The position numbers were made by a program, and so were the translations under genes. A stretch of DNA of 64,000 bases from Rubrivivax sp. (lineage in GTDB: Bacteria > Pseudomonadota > Gammaproteobacteria > Burkholderiales > Burkholderiaceae_C). The notes below the pieces were generated by a model. The model searched no databases and was not told the DNA's origin. It saw nothing but the letters and a program-made list of their open reading frames with translations. The stretch spans positions 7,341 through 71,340 of the forward strand of contig JAURZM010000043.1 of NCBI GenBank assembly GCA_030653385.1, in the 5' to 3' direction. Below, piece by piece: positions 39,327 to 48,365 of the stretch. The stretch's first letter is position 1. Each line of letters opens with the position of its first letter.

Positions 39327-40517
39327 TCAGGCGCCAGGCGCTGGCCTCAATGCCATGCCCAGCAGCGTGAGGGCGGCGAACCCCGCCCCGGCGTAGAACG
39401 TGACCGCCGAACCCATGCTGTCCCACAACACCCCGGCAATCACGCTGGACACCAGCAGCGCCAGGCCGCTCAGCAGATTGAAGAACCCGAAGGCCGTGCC
39501 GCGCAGGTCTTCTGGCGCCGTCTCGGCCACCATGGCCGCGAGCAAGCCTTGTGTCATGCCCATGTGCAGGCCCCACAGAGCCACCCCGAGACCCAGGGCG
39601 GCCCAGCCGCTGGCCGATGCGAGCACCAAGTCTGCGGCGATCAACACCACCAGGCCGGCGGCCAGCAGCTTGCCGTGGCTCACCCTGTCGGACAGCTTGC
39701 CGAACGGGTAGGCCGACGCGGCATACACCAGGTTCATCGCCACCATCACCAGCGGCACCCAGGCAACAGGCACATCAAGCTGCGCGGCCCGCAGCACCAG
39801 GAAGGCCTCGCTGAAGCGGGCCAGCGTGAACACGGCGCCCACGCCGACGACCCACCAGTAGCGGCTGTCCAGCCTGGCCAGCGTCGCGCGTTGGATCGGG
39901 TTCACCGCGCCCCGCGGCCTTTCGTGCGCGGGTTCCTTGATGCCCACCATCAGCAGCAGCACCGCCAGCACGCCCGGAATGACGGCGACCCAGAACACGG
40001 CGCGGAAGTCGTTGGCCCAGGCCAGCATCAGCCCGGTGGCGATCAAAGGCCCGGCGAAGGCCCCCACCGTGTCCAGCGACTGTCGCAGGCCGAAGGCAGC
40101 GCCGCGCATGCTGGGGGGTGTGATGTCGGCCAGCAGCGCATCGCGCGGCGCGCCGCGTATGCCCTTGCCCACACGGTCGATGAAACGCGCCGCCACCACG
40201 GCGCCGACGCCGCCGGCCATCGCAAACACCGGCTTCGTCAAAGCGCCCATGGCATAGCCCAGCACCGCCAGGCCCTTGCGCTTGCCCAGGTAGTCGCTGA
40301 GCGCTCCCGAAAAGACCTTCGAGATCAGCGCAATCGATTCGGCCAGACCTTCGATGATGCCGACCGCCAGCACGCTGACGCCCAGCGTGCCGACCAGGAA
40401 CAAGGGCAGCAGGCTGTGAACCATCTCGGACGAAATGTCCATCAGCAGGCTCACGAATCCGAGCACCCACACCCCCGCAGGCATCGAGACCGGACCGATC
40501 AGTTTGGGAGGTTTCAT
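39327..40517 (-). CDS. MFS transporter
   Basis: About 12 TMs; GALSDYLGKRK motif A; DRVGKGIRGAPRDALLAD. Confidence 0.9.
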   Translation of the reverse strand: MKPPKLIGPVSMPAGVWVLGFVSLLMDISSEMVHSLLPLFLVGTLGVSVLAVGIIEGLAESIALISKVFSGALSDYLGKRKGLAVLGYAMGALTKPVFAMAGGVGAVVAARFIDRVGKGIRGAPRDALLADITPPSMRGAAFGLRQSLDTVGAFAGPLIATGLMLAWANDFRAVFWVAVIPGVLAVLLLMVGIKEPAHERPRGAVNPIQRATLARLDSRYWWVVGVGAVFTLARFSEAFLVLRAAQLDVPVAWVPLVMVAMNLVYAASAYPFGKLSDRVSHGKLLAAGLVVLIAADLVLASASGWAALGLGVALWGLHMGMTQGLLAAMVAETAPEDLRGTAFGFFNLLSGLALLVSSVIAGVLWDSMGSAVTFYAGAGFAALTLLGMALRPAPGA

Positions 40518-40648
40518 GCGGAAGCGGTGTTGCCTGCCGAATCAGCTGCGGCGTTTGTTGTGTAGTGTGCTTGCAGCCGCATGGTCGCAGAACCGATGGG
40601 CTCGTTTGAACTTCAGGCCTGCTCCGACCCGCGATCGACAATCGACGG

Positions 40649-41644
40649 ATGCAACGAATCACCCTCGAACGGCAGCAGGTGTGGATCTACCTGGGGGCCA
40701 CCGGGCTCGGCCTTGGCGCTGGCAGCGCATGGCCGGCACTGGCCCCTGGGCTCGAAGCCATGCTGTGGCCGACACTGATGCTGTTGCTGTACGCCACCTT
40801 CGTGCAGGTGCCCCTGCTGCACGTGCGCGAGGCCTTTGGCGACCGCCGCTTCGTCGCCGCGGTGCTGATCGGCAACTTCGTGCTGCTGCCGCTGGTGGCG
40901 TGGGTGCTGGTGGGGGTGTTGGCGTTGTGGTTGCCCGCCGACCCGGTGCTGATCGTCGGCGTGCTGCTGGTGCTGCTGGTGCCCTGCACCGACTGGTTCA
41001 TCACCTTCAGCCAACTGGGCGGCGGCAGTGTGCCGCGGGCCATTGCGGTGACGCCACTGAACCTGCTGCTGCAGTTGCTGTTGTTGCCGCCGTGGCTGTG
41101 GCTCATTGCCGGCATCGACGGTCTGCCGCAACTGGCTGCCGCCGATCTGGCATCCGCGCTGGTCGTCGTCATCGTGCCGCTGGTGCTGGCCGCCGCGACC
41201 GAGCGCTGGATCGAGGCTCGGCCCGAACGCGATGCGGTGCGCGAGCGCCTGGCCTGGTGGCCCGTGCCGCTGCTGGCCATCGTGGTGTTCCAGATCGCCG
41301 CGGCGCAGGTCGGGGCGGTGCTCGAAGCGACTCACATGCTCGGCGCGGTGGTGCCGGTGTTCGTGGTCTTCTTGCTGGCCGCGGCCGGCATCGCCAAGCT
41401 GCTGGCACGCTGGATGTCATTGCCGCCAGATCAGGGCCGCACGCTGGCCTTCAGCCTGGGCACGCGCAATTCCTTCGTCGTCCTGCCATTTGCGCTGTCG
41501 CTGCCGGCTGGATGGGAACTGGCCGCGGTGGTGATCGTGGTTCAGTCGCTGGTGGAACTGCTCGGCATGGTGTTCTTCCTGTGGTGGGTGCCGCGGCACC
41601 TGTTCCCGCTCACCGTGCCGCGCCAGGTCAACGCTGCGGATTGA
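40649..41644 (+). CDS. Acr3/bile-acid:Na+ symporter family membrane protein
   Basis: GNFV..PL, VPCTDW, TRNSFVVLP, QSLVEL. Confidence 0.8.
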   Translation: MQRITLERQQVWIYLGATGLGLGAGSAWPALAPGLEAMLWPTLMLLLYATFVQVPLLHVREAFGDRRFVAAVLIGNFVLLPLVAWVLVGVLALWLPADPVLIVGVLLVLLVPCTDWFITFSQLGGGSVPRAIAVTPLNLLLQLLLLPPWLWLIAGIDGLPQLAAADLASALVVVIVPLVLAAATERWIEARPERDAVRERLAWWPVPLLAIVVFQIAAAQVGAVLEATHMLGAVVPVFVVFLLAAAGIAKLLARWMSLPPDQGRTLAFSLGTRNSFVVLPFALSLPAGWELAAVVIVVQSLVELLGMVFFLWWVPRHLFPLTVPRQVNAAD

Positions 41645-41690
41645 CGTGCGGACTGGCGGCGGTCGCTGCCGGTTCAGGACGACGCTCCGC

Positions 41691-41735
41691 GCTGAGCCAC
41701 AGGCGCAGCAGGATGTTGGTGTCGATGCCGATCAT
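41691..41735 (-). pseudogene. Truncated VapC/PIN toxin (first ~14 codons)
   Basis: MIGIDTNILLRLWL start, ATGA-coupled to the antitoxin, then loses PIN character. Confidence 0.72.
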
Positions 41736-42010
41736 CGGCCAGTCGACTTGCGGCCCGTTTGGCTGGGCGCGTGCTTGTCGCGCAGCTGCTTCGACACGGC
41801 CTCATCCATTTGTTCGACGGTCAGTGGCGCAGCATGCGGGGACTTGAGCAAGCCCCGGATGCGTCGCGCGTCGGGCCGGACGTGCCGGGCGGTGATCGTG
41901 TTGTCGGCCTGGATCTGGAAGTCGAGTATCGATCCGGCATCCAGGTTCAGACGGTCGCGAATCTGCTTGGGCAGGGTGAGTTGTCCCTTGCTGGTCAGTG
42001 TGGCGAACAT
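41732..42010 (-). CDS. AbrB/MazE/SpoVT-family antitoxin
   Basis: MFATLTSKGQLTLPKQIRDRLNL. Confidence 0.9.
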   Translation of the reverse strand: MFATLTSKGQLTLPKQIRDRLNLDAGSILDFQIQADNTITARHVRPDARRIRGLLKSPHAAPLTVEQMDEAVSKQLRDKHAPSQTGRKSTGR

Positions 42011-42036
42011 GGTGAGTCCCTTCTGGATCAAAGCAT

Positions 42037-42061
42037 TCCTTACATTTCGTCCAGGTAAGGA
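42037..42061. promoter_or_regulatory. Inverted-repeat operator of the TA operon
   Basis: TCCTTAC-N11-GTAAGGA upstream of the antitoxin. Confidence 0.62.
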
Positions 42062-42136
42062 GCTTTGCGCCAACACCGCTCGGCAAGGAGCCTCAGGGCC
42101 GAGCGACGCAGTGGGACGGCAGCAGACGCTGCGGGA

Positions 42137-42157
42137 CTACTCCAGGTTCTGCACCTG
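42137..42157 (-). other. Putative att core: displaced 3' end of yicC
   Basis: CAGGTGCAGAACCTGGAGTAG = QVQNLE*, resembling the conserved YicC C-terminus; same strand as and upstream of gmk; flanked by IHF-like site and ACCCCAC repeats. Confidence 0.72.
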
Positions 42158-42220
42158 AAGCTCGGGATCAGCTCCAGGCTGTTGATTCGTATGGATATTT
42201 GATGTCATGGTGGTAGCCGA

Positions 42221-42239
42221 ACCCCACGATTTACCCCAC
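42221..42239. repeat. ACCCCAC direct repeat (12-bp period), putative arm-type sites
   Basis: Copies at 42221-42227 and 42233-42239, about 65 bp from the att core. Confidence 0.55.
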
Positions 42240-42534
42240 ACCAAACCTGCGCTGTAGTGAGATTCGTTGGGACGAATGCGAGGCGAACCGGCCAGCAAAA
42301 CTCCACCGGTCAGTCTATCAGTCGAGTCCCTCGTTGACGTCCAGAACGTCTCTCTGTCCGATGCTCGTGGGGGCTTGGACTGTGCATCCGCACGAGTGAG
42401 GCTGGGTGCCGGCCCGCCGATACCCCACTGCGCACCTCCAGCAGACCGAATGCTGATGGCAAAGTGTTTGGGCCGTGTGGTGATGACTGGGGTTTGCAAA
42501 CTGCGAGCCGACGAGTACGCTGCGCAGCGGAGGC

Positions 42535-42867
42535 ATGTCTGTTGTGCGAAAGGCCATCTTCTTTGGATTCATCGCCGCCGGCGCCGCTGCTGGCTTGTTC
42601 GCGGCCTTGAACGGCGACTGGGGACTCAGGGTGGTGATGATGGCCATCGGGGCCGTCATCGGCGCTGCGATCGGTGGGGCGGTGACGCGCGTAGGCAAGC
42701 GTCCTCCGATTCGAGTGCCGTCCGACTTGGACCAGTCCTACGGGCAGGGCACTGCAGCGGAAGATCGCGACCGGAACTACTGGCGTGATCGGGGCCATCC
42801 GCCCTTCATGAAGCCGCCGAGCGGAGAGCCGGATCGACACATGTTCGATCCCGACCGACTTGCCTGA
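42535..42867 (+). CDS. Small 2-TM protein convergent with traG; candidate entry-exclusion factor
   Basis: GGAGG RBS, two Gly/Ala-rich TMs, charged C-terminal tail; stop 4 bp from the traG stop. Confidence 0.55.
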   Translation: MSVVRKAIFFGFIAAGAAAGLFAALNGDWGLRVVMMAIGAVIGAAIGGAVTRVGKRPPIRVPSDLDQSYGQGTAAEDRDRNYWRDRGHPPFMKPPSGEPDRHMFDPDRLA

Positions 42868-42871
42868 CCGG

Positions 42872-45649
42872 CTACTTCTTGCGCTTGAGCAAGTCCTTGG
42901 CCAAACCCTCGGCTGCATCGATCGACTCAGTCGTGTCGGTGGCGACCTGTCGGCCAGATTGCATCAGCAAGGACTTCTTCGTCGTGAGCGTGCCGTCGGG
43001 TGATCGAACGATCTGCGCATTGGCATCGAAACTGCCCTGCGACGATTCGGAGCCTTGACGAATCTCCAATCCCTTCCTTTCAATCTCGCTGCGAATGGAC
43101 GAGGGCTGCAGAACTTCTTCGACCTTCGGAGTCGAGCGTCCGAACCCTGAGACCTGTCGTGAGTTGCCGCGCCCGCTGGACATGATGTCAGGATCGAGGC
43201 GCGGAGAACTGCGGTCTTGGTCGTGTCGTCGGCGCAGCTCTTCAAATGACTCGGGGAGTGCTGCGCCATCCGAAAGCACCCTGTTCGGGCGCAAGCCCTG
43301 GCGCGCCAGTTCAGAGTCGAGCATCGAGAACGCGGCTGCGCTGTTGCCGCCATAGCGTTCGGCGTATCGCATGAACATCTCGAGGTTGTGAGGATCTTGG
43401 GCGAGATCGATGGAGATGGTCTCACCCCGCTCGCGTGCGGACGAAAGACGTTCCGAGAGCGTCTGCCGTTCCGCGAAGGTGGCCTCCGCGCGTTGGGCGC
43501 GGGCCGTCGTCGTTGACAGACGAGATGCCAGTTCCCTGGCTTCCCGGGAGTCATCGGATACGGCCGTGGCAAAGCTGGTGTCACGAGAGACCCGGTCACC
43601 AAACTGCTTGAACTCGGCAATCTGCTCGTTCGTCATGGAGCCCAGGACCTTGCGCTGCTCTTCCGAGAGCCCGGATTGGTAGCTCTTTCCTGTGTTCCCC
43701 TGAATCGAGGCTCCAGCCACCGGCGTGCTAAGTCCAAGGTGCGCGGAAGCACCAAAGGCTATGCTCGCCACCTGAGACTGGGACAAGCCTGTGCTGTCGG
43801 CCACGCTCTTGGTGATCTGATCCAACCGACTCATCGTCTCCCCGAGTTGCTCGAAGCTACTGGTGGACGAACCCGATGTGTTTCGAACAGATCGCAGCTT
43901 CGTCAGTCCACGCGAGAACGCTTCTGTCAGAACTGCGGATCGATCCTGAGACGCGGACACCGCCTCACTGCGCGACGCATCCGCCTGCCTGCTCGCCTCT
44001 GTCACATCCTGCTCGCTCACGCGCATTGAAACGACGCGCGATGCAAACCCCTGGTTACGCAGAAGACTCACTGCCGTCCGACCGGTCAGTGCACTCGATG
44101 AAACCGTGTTGCCCGTCAGGTCGTTCTGCCACGAACTCATGAACGCCGAGGTGCGGTTTGGTGCCAGCTGAAACTGGTCCATCGCCACGTTGCCCATGCT
44201 CACGTTGCCAACAGCGGCGGAGCCTGTGCTGCCCGCCAGCATGCCCTGCAATCCAGACAGCCCGCCGACCAGGGCCGTACCAAAATTCTCCATGCGCTTG
44301 AGCGCCGCCCACGCGATGAACGGGATGCTGATGGCCAGGTAGCCCACCACGGCCTCGCCAGAAATCGCGCGCGAGTAGATCGTCGATGCGGTCTGAAGCG
44401 ACAGCGCCTTGGCGCCGCTGCCGAGGTCGGCGGCAGCGGCCAGGTCGTAGGCGGCGTAGATCGACGCCATGTAGTTGAGCACCGCGTACAGCGGTGGCCA
44501 CAGCTGTATCCAGATCAGGATCGCGGCGTAGCCCTTGAACGCGATCATGGTCTCGCGCCCGCTGGTCAGCAGGAGCAGCAGGACGAACAGCGGGAACAGG
44601 GCATAGGTGACCGCCTCGATCACGTTGCGGAACACGGGCAGCGACTGTTCGGCCACCTTCCCATAGTTCAGCCAGGTCGCGTTCTGCTGCGCGACGGCCT
44701 GGGCGCGGCCAACAGCCAACACAATGGAGGCTGGGTCATTAACCTTCTGCCCGATGATGCTGCTGGTGTCGTTGATCGCATTGAGCACCGCGTTCTGGCG
44801 GATCAGGTCGGCGGCGCTCGCTGCCGCGGTCGCAATGCTGTTCTTCACGTAGGCCTGCTGAATCTGGCCGGCGATGGCCGCAGCGGCGGTAGCACTCGGC
44901 AAGGTCGGGTTGAGCTGGAAGGCTAGCTTGCCCTGGATGCGCGTGATCTGTGCCGGCAGGCGGCCGTTGAGATTCGTGTAAACGTTCGGGCAGGTATCGA
45001 CCGTCGTTGCGCCGCCGCCGGCAGACACCGTCGTGAAGCGCGCGGGGTTGGGTGTGCTCATCAGGGCCCACACGTCGTCCGAGCTGGAGAACGTGCCCGG
45101 ATCGACCGTCCCGTCGATCAGGTCGTACATCGTGCAGTTGTGGATGTAGTTGATCAAGTCGGTGCGGAAGTTCGGATCCTGGAACACGACGTTGCCGGTG
45201 TCGCGGATCAGGCGGTTGCCGAACATAAGGCCGTTCTTCTCGTAGGTCAGTTCGCTCGGCAGCCCGCCCACGCCCGGTATGACCTGGAACGCGGTCTCGA
45301 ACAGGCCCGTCAGCGTGTGGCCGATGGTGCTGGTGACGCTGCCCAGCATCGCGATGCCGAGGGGCACGTTGGCCACCACCTTGACCGCCGATCCGCCGGT
45401 CTTGTCGACGATGCCCACGGTGACGCGCGGAACGATCAGGATCGAGAACACCAGCAACACCGTGGCCAGCCACTTCCACCCCTGCAGCTTCTCGGGTGCA
45501 AACGCGTAGGCGATCAGCGCGGCGACGAAGCCGCAGAAAGCCACGGCTGCGACGGCGGCCGCATAGTCGCTGGAGGCGTGGATGGCCGCGGCCGCGTTGA
45601 AGATGCCGAACAGGCTGTCGGAGTTCTGATAAGCGTAGATTTCCCACAT
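42872..45649 (-). CDS. traG: F-type mating-pair stabilisation protein TraG
   Basis: MWEIYAYQN start, VANVPLG, WIQLWPPLYAVLN, Ser-rich C-terminal half. Confidence 0.92.
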   Translation of the reverse strand: MWEIYAYQNSDSLFGIFNAAAAIHASSDYAAAVAAVAFCGFVAALIAYAFAPEKLQGWKWLATVLLVFSILIVPRVTVGIVDKTGGSAVKVVANVPLGIAMLGSVTSTIGHTLTGLFETAFQVIPGVGGLPSELTYEKNGLMFGNRLIRDTGNVVFQDPNFRTDLINYIHNCTMYDLIDGTVDPGTFSSSDDVWALMSTPNPARFTTVSAGGGATTVDTCPNVYTNLNGRLPAQITRIQGKLAFQLNPTLPSATAAAAIAGQIQQAYVKNSIATAAASAADLIRQNAVLNAINDTSSIIGQKVNDPASIVLAVGRAQAVAQQNATWLNYGKVAEQSLPVFRNVIEAVTYALFPLFVLLLLLTSGRETMIAFKGYAAILIWIQLWPPLYAVLNYMASIYAAYDLAAAADLGSGAKALSLQTASTIYSRAISGEAVVGYLAISIPFIAWAALKRMENFGTALVGGLSGLQGMLAGSTGSAAVGNVSMGNVAMDQFQLAPNRTSAFMSSWQNDLTGNTVSSSALTGRTAVSLLRNQGFASRVVSMRVSEQDVTEASRQADASRSEAVSASQDRSAVLTEAFSRGLTKLRSVRNTSGSSTSSFEQLGETMSRLDQITKSVADSTGLSQSQVASIAFGASAHLGLSTPVAGASIQGNTGKSYQSGLSEEQRKVLGSMTNEQIAEFKQFGDRVSRDTSFATAVSDDSREARELASRLSTTTARAQRAEATFAERQTLSERLSSARERGETISIDLAQDPHNLEMFMRYAERYGGNSAAAFSMLDSELARQGLRPNRVLSDGAALPESFEELRRRHDQDRSSPRLDPDIMSSGRGNSRQVSGFGRSTPKVEEVLQPSSIRSEIERKGLEIRQGSESSQGSFDANAQIVRSPDGTLTTKKSLLMQSGRQVATDTTESIDAAEGLAKDLLKRKK

Positions 45650-45670
45650 GGCGTGCTCGCACCACGGGCT

Positions 45671-47122
45671 CTACCGCGATAGATAGGCGGCTTGCTGGCC
45701 CAGCATGTCCATCACATGCTGCGGCATGCTGGAACGAAGTTGCCGCTCGAGCTGTTCCAGATGGCTGGAGACGGCCCGGAACGAACCGACCTTCTGGTAC
45801 AGCAGGTTCTTTTCCTGGGCCAGTTGCAGCAGCATTGCCTGGGCCCGTAGCCGGACCTGGTTGGCCAGTTCGCGCTGGCTTTGCTGCAAGGTGTAGTCCT
45901 TGTCCAGCGCCGCCATGCCAACGCGCAGGTTGCGCTCCAGGAAGACGTAGGCGTAGTCGGCGGCGATGACGTCTCGGTACTGGCCGATCAGGCTGTCCGA
46001 CAGGCCCGAACCCGGGATGGTCGCGCCGATCGACAGCATCTTGTAGACCGGCTCGGTGGTCTGGTTGACGAAGCCCACCTCGGCCGAGTTGTTGGGGATC
46101 GCCGCGCGTGTGGCGATCTTGTCGGCGATCGACCGCATCATGGTCTCGACCCGGGCCGTGAACGGCGTGTGCGTGTAGGCAGTGTTCAGCGTCACCACGT
46201 CGCAGTTGGTGTAGTCGTTGCAGCGCAGCAGGTGCTGCGTCACGTTGGTGCCCGCGCCGGCGGCCTGGCCGTACAGCAGGTGGCTGATCGACGTGATGGT
46301 TGGCGCGACAGGCTCAGGGTCGCGGGCCGCGTCCTCGGGGTAGAAGATCACCGTACCGACGATGCTCATGATCAGCTCGCGTTCCTGGTCGTCGAGGTAG
46401 GTGCCGGTTCGCTGCAGCGCCTTCCAGGTGAGGTTGCCGACGAAGGGCGCCTTGTTGCGCACGTTGGCGTCGCCTGACGTGCGGGCCGAAGCCAGGATGC
46501 TGGTGCGGTCTGTCGCGCAGCGGCGGCGCGCTGCGTCGCGGTCGCTTTCCAGGCCCATCTCGATGGCCAGGTCGGAGCAGGCTTCCTGTGAGCTGTAGCC
46601 GGCCGCCTCGGCCGCCGTGCTGACGATGGCCTTGGCCGTCTCGCAGGAGTTGATGCGCGCGTTGTTGATCCAGGTTTCCAGACCCTTGGCCCACTTGGTC
46701 AGCCCGCCGAGCAAGGGTGACACTGATTCGAGCGCGAGCTGGAACGCGATGCCCGGCATCGCCGCGGTGATGTTGCGCAGCATGTTCTTGAACTCGGCCG
46801 CCGAGATGTGCGAGAACGAACCGCCGAACACGTCGATGCCGCCGCAGCCCGCCTTGGCGCTGGGGAACTGGATGGCCGCGAGCTGGTACACCTTGTTCGG
46901 CGCACGCATGAACAGGCTGCCGCCGGTGTAGGTGTTGAAGGTCTGCCCGCGGAAGGCACCCGGCGCGGTGTAGTTGCCGATGGAGCCGAGGCTGTTGAAC
47001 ATGTTGTTCACCTCGGCGTTCAAGTCGCCGGCATGCAGGATGGCCGGCGACACCACGAGCACGGCGGCCAGTGCCGCGGCAAGTGTGCGCTGGGCTGAGG
47101 AAGGTTGCTTCGACGTGTTCAT
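45671..47122 (-). CDS. traH: TraH
   Basis: YTGGSL, AGCGGIDVFGGSFS, NSCE. Confidence 0.93.
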   Translation of the reverse strand: MNTSKQPSSAQRTLAAALAAVLVVSPAILHAGDLNAEVNNMFNSLGSIGNYTAPGAFRGQTFNTYTGGSLFMRAPNKVYQLAAIQFPSAKAGCGGIDVFGGSFSHISAAEFKNMLRNITAAMPGIAFQLALESVSPLLGGLTKWAKGLETWINNARINSCETAKAIVSTAAEAAGYSSQEACSDLAIEMGLESDRDAARRRCATDRTSILASARTSGDANVRNKAPFVGNLTWKALQRTGTYLDDQERELIMSIVGTVIFYPEDAARDPEPVAPTITSISHLLYGQAAGAGTNVTQHLLRCNDYTNCDVVTLNTAYTHTPFTARVETMMRSIADKIATRAAIPNNSAEVGFVNQTTEPVYKMLSIGATIPGSGLSDSLIGQYRDVIAADYAYVFLERNLRVGMAALDKDYTLQQSQRELANQVRLRAQAMLLQLAQEKNLLYQKVGSFRAVSSHLEQLERQLRSSMPQHVMDMLGQQAAYLSR

Positions 47123-47140
47123 CAGACGCTCCTGCGCGGG

Positions 47141-47980
47141 CTACCGAAGCGCGGCCTGCGATGTAGAAATCGATGGCGACATCTCGGCGACCTGCGACGA
47201 GACGAGGGTGATCCGCTCCAGCAACTGCGCTTCGGACAGGACGCCGAAGCCGATGGGCGTGATCTTTCCGGTGAAGGGTTGGGCGAGGTACACGGCGGGC
47301 ACCTGGGTCACCTTCAGCGTGGTAGCGATGCCGTTGTCCCGACGCGCGTCCGGGAAGCCCGGTATCGGCCCGCCGTCCACGCTGATGGCCACCACCTTGA
47401 TGCCATGCCGGGCCTGGAAGGCCTCGAGCGTCGGCGCGAAGGCATGGCAGTACGGGCAGTCGCTGCGAAAGAAGAAGAACAGCACATGGTCGCGACCGAG
47501 CGCGCCGATGGACTCCGAACGCTGCGCCAGCTGCTGTTGTTCAAACACCTCCAACGCCTTGGCGTTCACGGGCCGGCCCTGCAGTGTGGGGTCGAGCTCG
47601 GGTGTGGCCCAGGCGACCCGCTGCGCCATGTCGGCGAAGGTGGAGGCACGCGCGACCACCTTGGCCTCCAGCTCCATGTAGCGCCGGACGTTGGTCTCGG
47701 TCGGCCGCATGATGGCGATGGCGCGGGTCTGTTCGACCTCCTTCTGAAGGCGCTCGAACTCGGTGATCTCGGGCGGTTTGGTCGCCGCCTGTTTCGGCGT
47801 CGAGGCGCTGCTCCTGGGTGTCGCCTCGCGCCGCGGCAGGGCCTCGGGTTCAGGGTCTTCATAGAAGTGCCACCCACGCCAGGTGTCGGACCAGTAGCGC
47901 GATGAGCCGTCCTGCGCCTGGGCCGCGGGCGCGACAAGGGCGGCGAGAACCCACAAAAACCGGAACAGCCTGTGGCTCAT
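47141..47980 (-). CDS. traF: TraF (thioredoxin-like)
   Basis: GWHFYEDP, FFFRSDCPYCH, ISVDG. Confidence 0.92.
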   Translation of the reverse strand: MSHRLFRFLWVLAALVAPAAQAQDGSSRYWSDTWRGWHFYEDPEPEALPRREATPRSSASTPKQAATKPPEITEFERLQKEVEQTRAIAIMRPTETNVRRYMELEAKVVARASTFADMAQRVAWATPELDPTLQGRPVNAKALEVFEQQQLAQRSESIGALGRDHVLFFFFRSDCPYCHAFAPTLEAFQARHGIKVVAISVDGGPIPGFPDARRDNGIATTLKVTQVPAVYLAQPFTGKITPIGFGVLSEAQLLERITLVSSQVAEMSPSISTSQAALR

Positions 47981-47990
47981 GTGGGAGGCC

Positions 47991-48365
47991 TCACGACAGC
48001 GACTTCGGCGGCAGGCCGTCGCGGCAATAGTTGATGCCGAAGTCGATGGTCTGTCTGCGTGGCGAGGCAGCGCCCGGCAACTGCACGCCTTCCTGCCAGA
48101 AGCGCACGTTCAGGCGGCTGCAGCCGGCCTGGGTGTAGCGGCGTTCGGTTGTCACGTCGATGTAGATCGGCGACGTGCCCTTGAATTGCCGCGTGATGGC
48201 GTCGGCGATCTCGCCCACCAGCACGCCGCGAGACTGACCGTCGGGCGCTTCGATGGCCGCGATCAGGAGTGGCCGCGCGTCCTGCACCGGCGCGCGGTCC
48301 TGTGCCGTCGCGTTCGACGCCACCAGAGCCGTGAGAGCCAGCCAGGCGAAGTCGGAGGATTTCAT
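47991..48365 (-). CDS. Exported hypothetical protein between traN and traF (position of GGI ycb)
   Basis: Signal peptide, GCSRL...NYCRDG Cys pair; ATGA overlap with traN. Confidence 0.65.
   Translation of the reverse strand: MKSSDFAWLALTALVASNATAQDRAPVQDARPLLIAAIEAPDGQSRGVLVGEIADAITRQFKGTSPIYIDVTTERRYTQAGCSRLNVRFWQEGVQLPGAASPRRQTIDFGINYCRDGLPPKSLS

Noticed and set aside
42137-42499. 120-aa minus-strand ORF
   Set aside because: It spans att-arm DNA, has no recognisable protein features, and borrows its last codons from the yicC-like fragment.
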